A stretch of DNA of 64,000 nt from Antedon mediterranea (lineage: Eukaryota; Animalia; Echinodermata). Location: the NCBI RefSeq assembly GCF_964355755.1, contig NC_092674.1, forward strand, positions 16,988,001 through 17,052,000. Reading direction: 5' to 3'. Positions 62,539 through 64,000 of the stretch are shown here, in pieces (positions within the stretch are counted from its first letter, which is position 1; each line of letters begins with the position of its first letter). Below the pieces are notes generated by a model, which searched no databases, had not been told where the DNA came from, and saw only the letters and a list, made by a program, of their open reading frames with translations. The position numbers were made by a program, and so were the translations under genes.

Positions 62539-63937
62539 GTATAATAATTATTTTTACACTGAACCACAAGGTATAGATGAAATTAATAAACAGATTTTGT
62601 GGGGCAACAAATATATTGTACTAAACAATAATTCTTTATATAACCAAAATTGGATTGATTCTGGAATAACACAAATTAGTGATATTGTTAATGATAACTC
62701 TTTTAAGTCGTCACAAGAAATTGTTGATAAACTTAAGAAATAAAAAAACTGGATTGTTGAATATTTTTGTTTAAAACAGGCAATTCTCAGACATTGGAAA
62801 AACAAACTTTTTAATGTTAAAGATAATATTCAGGTAGTAGAAGTGAAAAAATATGATTTATATGACAAAAACGCTACAGTTAAAACATTTTACAAGGGAT
62901 TTTTGGTGAATAAATCCAGTGAACCAAATGTTCAAACGAATGGGAAAGAGATCTTAATTTAGATTCTTTAGATTGGAATACAATATGGCATAGAAAAGTA
63001 TACTGTATGAAACACATAAGTAAAATTGCACAATTTAATTTTAAATTGTTGCATAGAATTTTATGTTGTAAAAAGAAACTTAAGTTATGGAAGATATATG
63101 ATTCAGATATGTGTGACAGATGTAACATAGAAATAGAAGACGAAAGGCACATGCTAATCAAATGTGAAAAAAATGCACCCTTTTGGTATAATACAACATG
63201 CTAAACTCTTGTAACAAAGAAAATCAGGCGTTTGTTGATTATTCTTGTTTTGAATATATTATTCTTGGCTTAGCCAATAATATTGTTAATGAGTTGTTAT
63301 CAATTTTTACTTTTTGTATTTACAAGGCAAGTGTTCTTTGTCGAACAGAAAATAAAATTATAAATGCATGGTTGTTATTCACTAATGAAATTAAAATGTT
63401 AAGAAAAATTGAATACGCAATTGATAATCTTGCGAAAGAAATGGGGAAAATTAGATCATAATCGTCTAGAATATTGTCTAAATAGATGACAATCAAATGT
63501 AACGTTATGAAATGATTGAAAATAAGGTGTGCTAGGAGAATGACATAATGTATATACGGGTGTGTATATATATTTAAATATATATGTTTAAGAGTATGTA
63601 TTAATAGTCAAAGTTGTGATATCAATCAGTAGCTACAAGATACAATATTATTTATGTGTTATGTAAGTACTGAGTATATCAAAGTTTTCAAAGGATATCA
63701 AGGCTATATAAATTAAATGAGAACAAAAGGGATTGTATAATAACTATAGGGAAACACAACAAGGCGAACATAAGTGTTAAGAGATAATAATGAAAAAGAT
63801 GAACTCAAAAAGAAAGCAAATATGCATGATTAAAACAAATGTTAATAGACGAAATATACATGTTAATGTATTAATGTATATATATACAGTATGTATTTAT
63901 GGAATTAAAAGTGGGATGAACCCACGTAAGACAAAAA
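62539..63937 (+). mobile_element. 5'-truncated Tx1/L1-clade LINE inside Gmr1 pol
   Basis: 12-bp TSD AACAAACAGGAA at 62527-62538 and 63938-63949; poly(A); QILWGNKYI, AQFNFKLLHRIL, CDRCNIEIEDERHMLIKC. Confidence 0.9.
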
Positions 63938-64000
63938 AACAAACAGGAACAATAGACATTTCCTCTACAGAAAGAGCTTGCTGACCAAATGACACCAAAT

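Larger units (their letters stand above)
56710..64000 (-). mobile_element. Gmr1-type Gypsy LTR retrotransposon (integrase upstream of RT-RNase H); 5' part outside window
   Basis: Short 3' LTR ~56710-56845 (TGTGA...TAACA on minus) after a G-rich PPT. Pol order is INT, RT, RH. Coding resumes after 63949 (EEMSIVPVCYY). Confidence 0.88.

Overview
AT-rich animal DNA, probably from a marine invertebrate. I found no host gene; essentially all 64 kb is nested transposable elements. Left nest: a Rex1/Babar-like LINE 3' end (43500-43817) hosts a minus-strand Gypsy (to 43499, with a P-like MITE in its LTR). That Gypsy's RT hosts a BEL/Pao element (to 40797), which carries two Tx1/L1-clade LINEs (708-33981 and 36931-38604, both with TSDs). 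ORF2 of the first LINE is split by a 27.5-kb same-orientation stack (3865-31398) of 18 non-autonomous Helentron/HINE-like elements. The stack is not a simple satellite. Its 18 heads and 18 tails parse like balanced brackets, and every copy sits either end-to-end against another copy or in the T-tract about 55-80 bp inside another copy's 5' end, which suggests a self-targeting rolling-circle transposon. Right part: a duplicated ~650-bp segment with a Penelope-type minimal hammerhead ribozyme, LINE fragments, a solo LTR, an intact Gypsy with identical LTRs (48228-52982), long-TIR elements, and a Gmr1-type Gypsy (integrase before RT) split by a third Tx1 LINE. All coordinates were read by eye; family names rest on motif recognition, not database searches.
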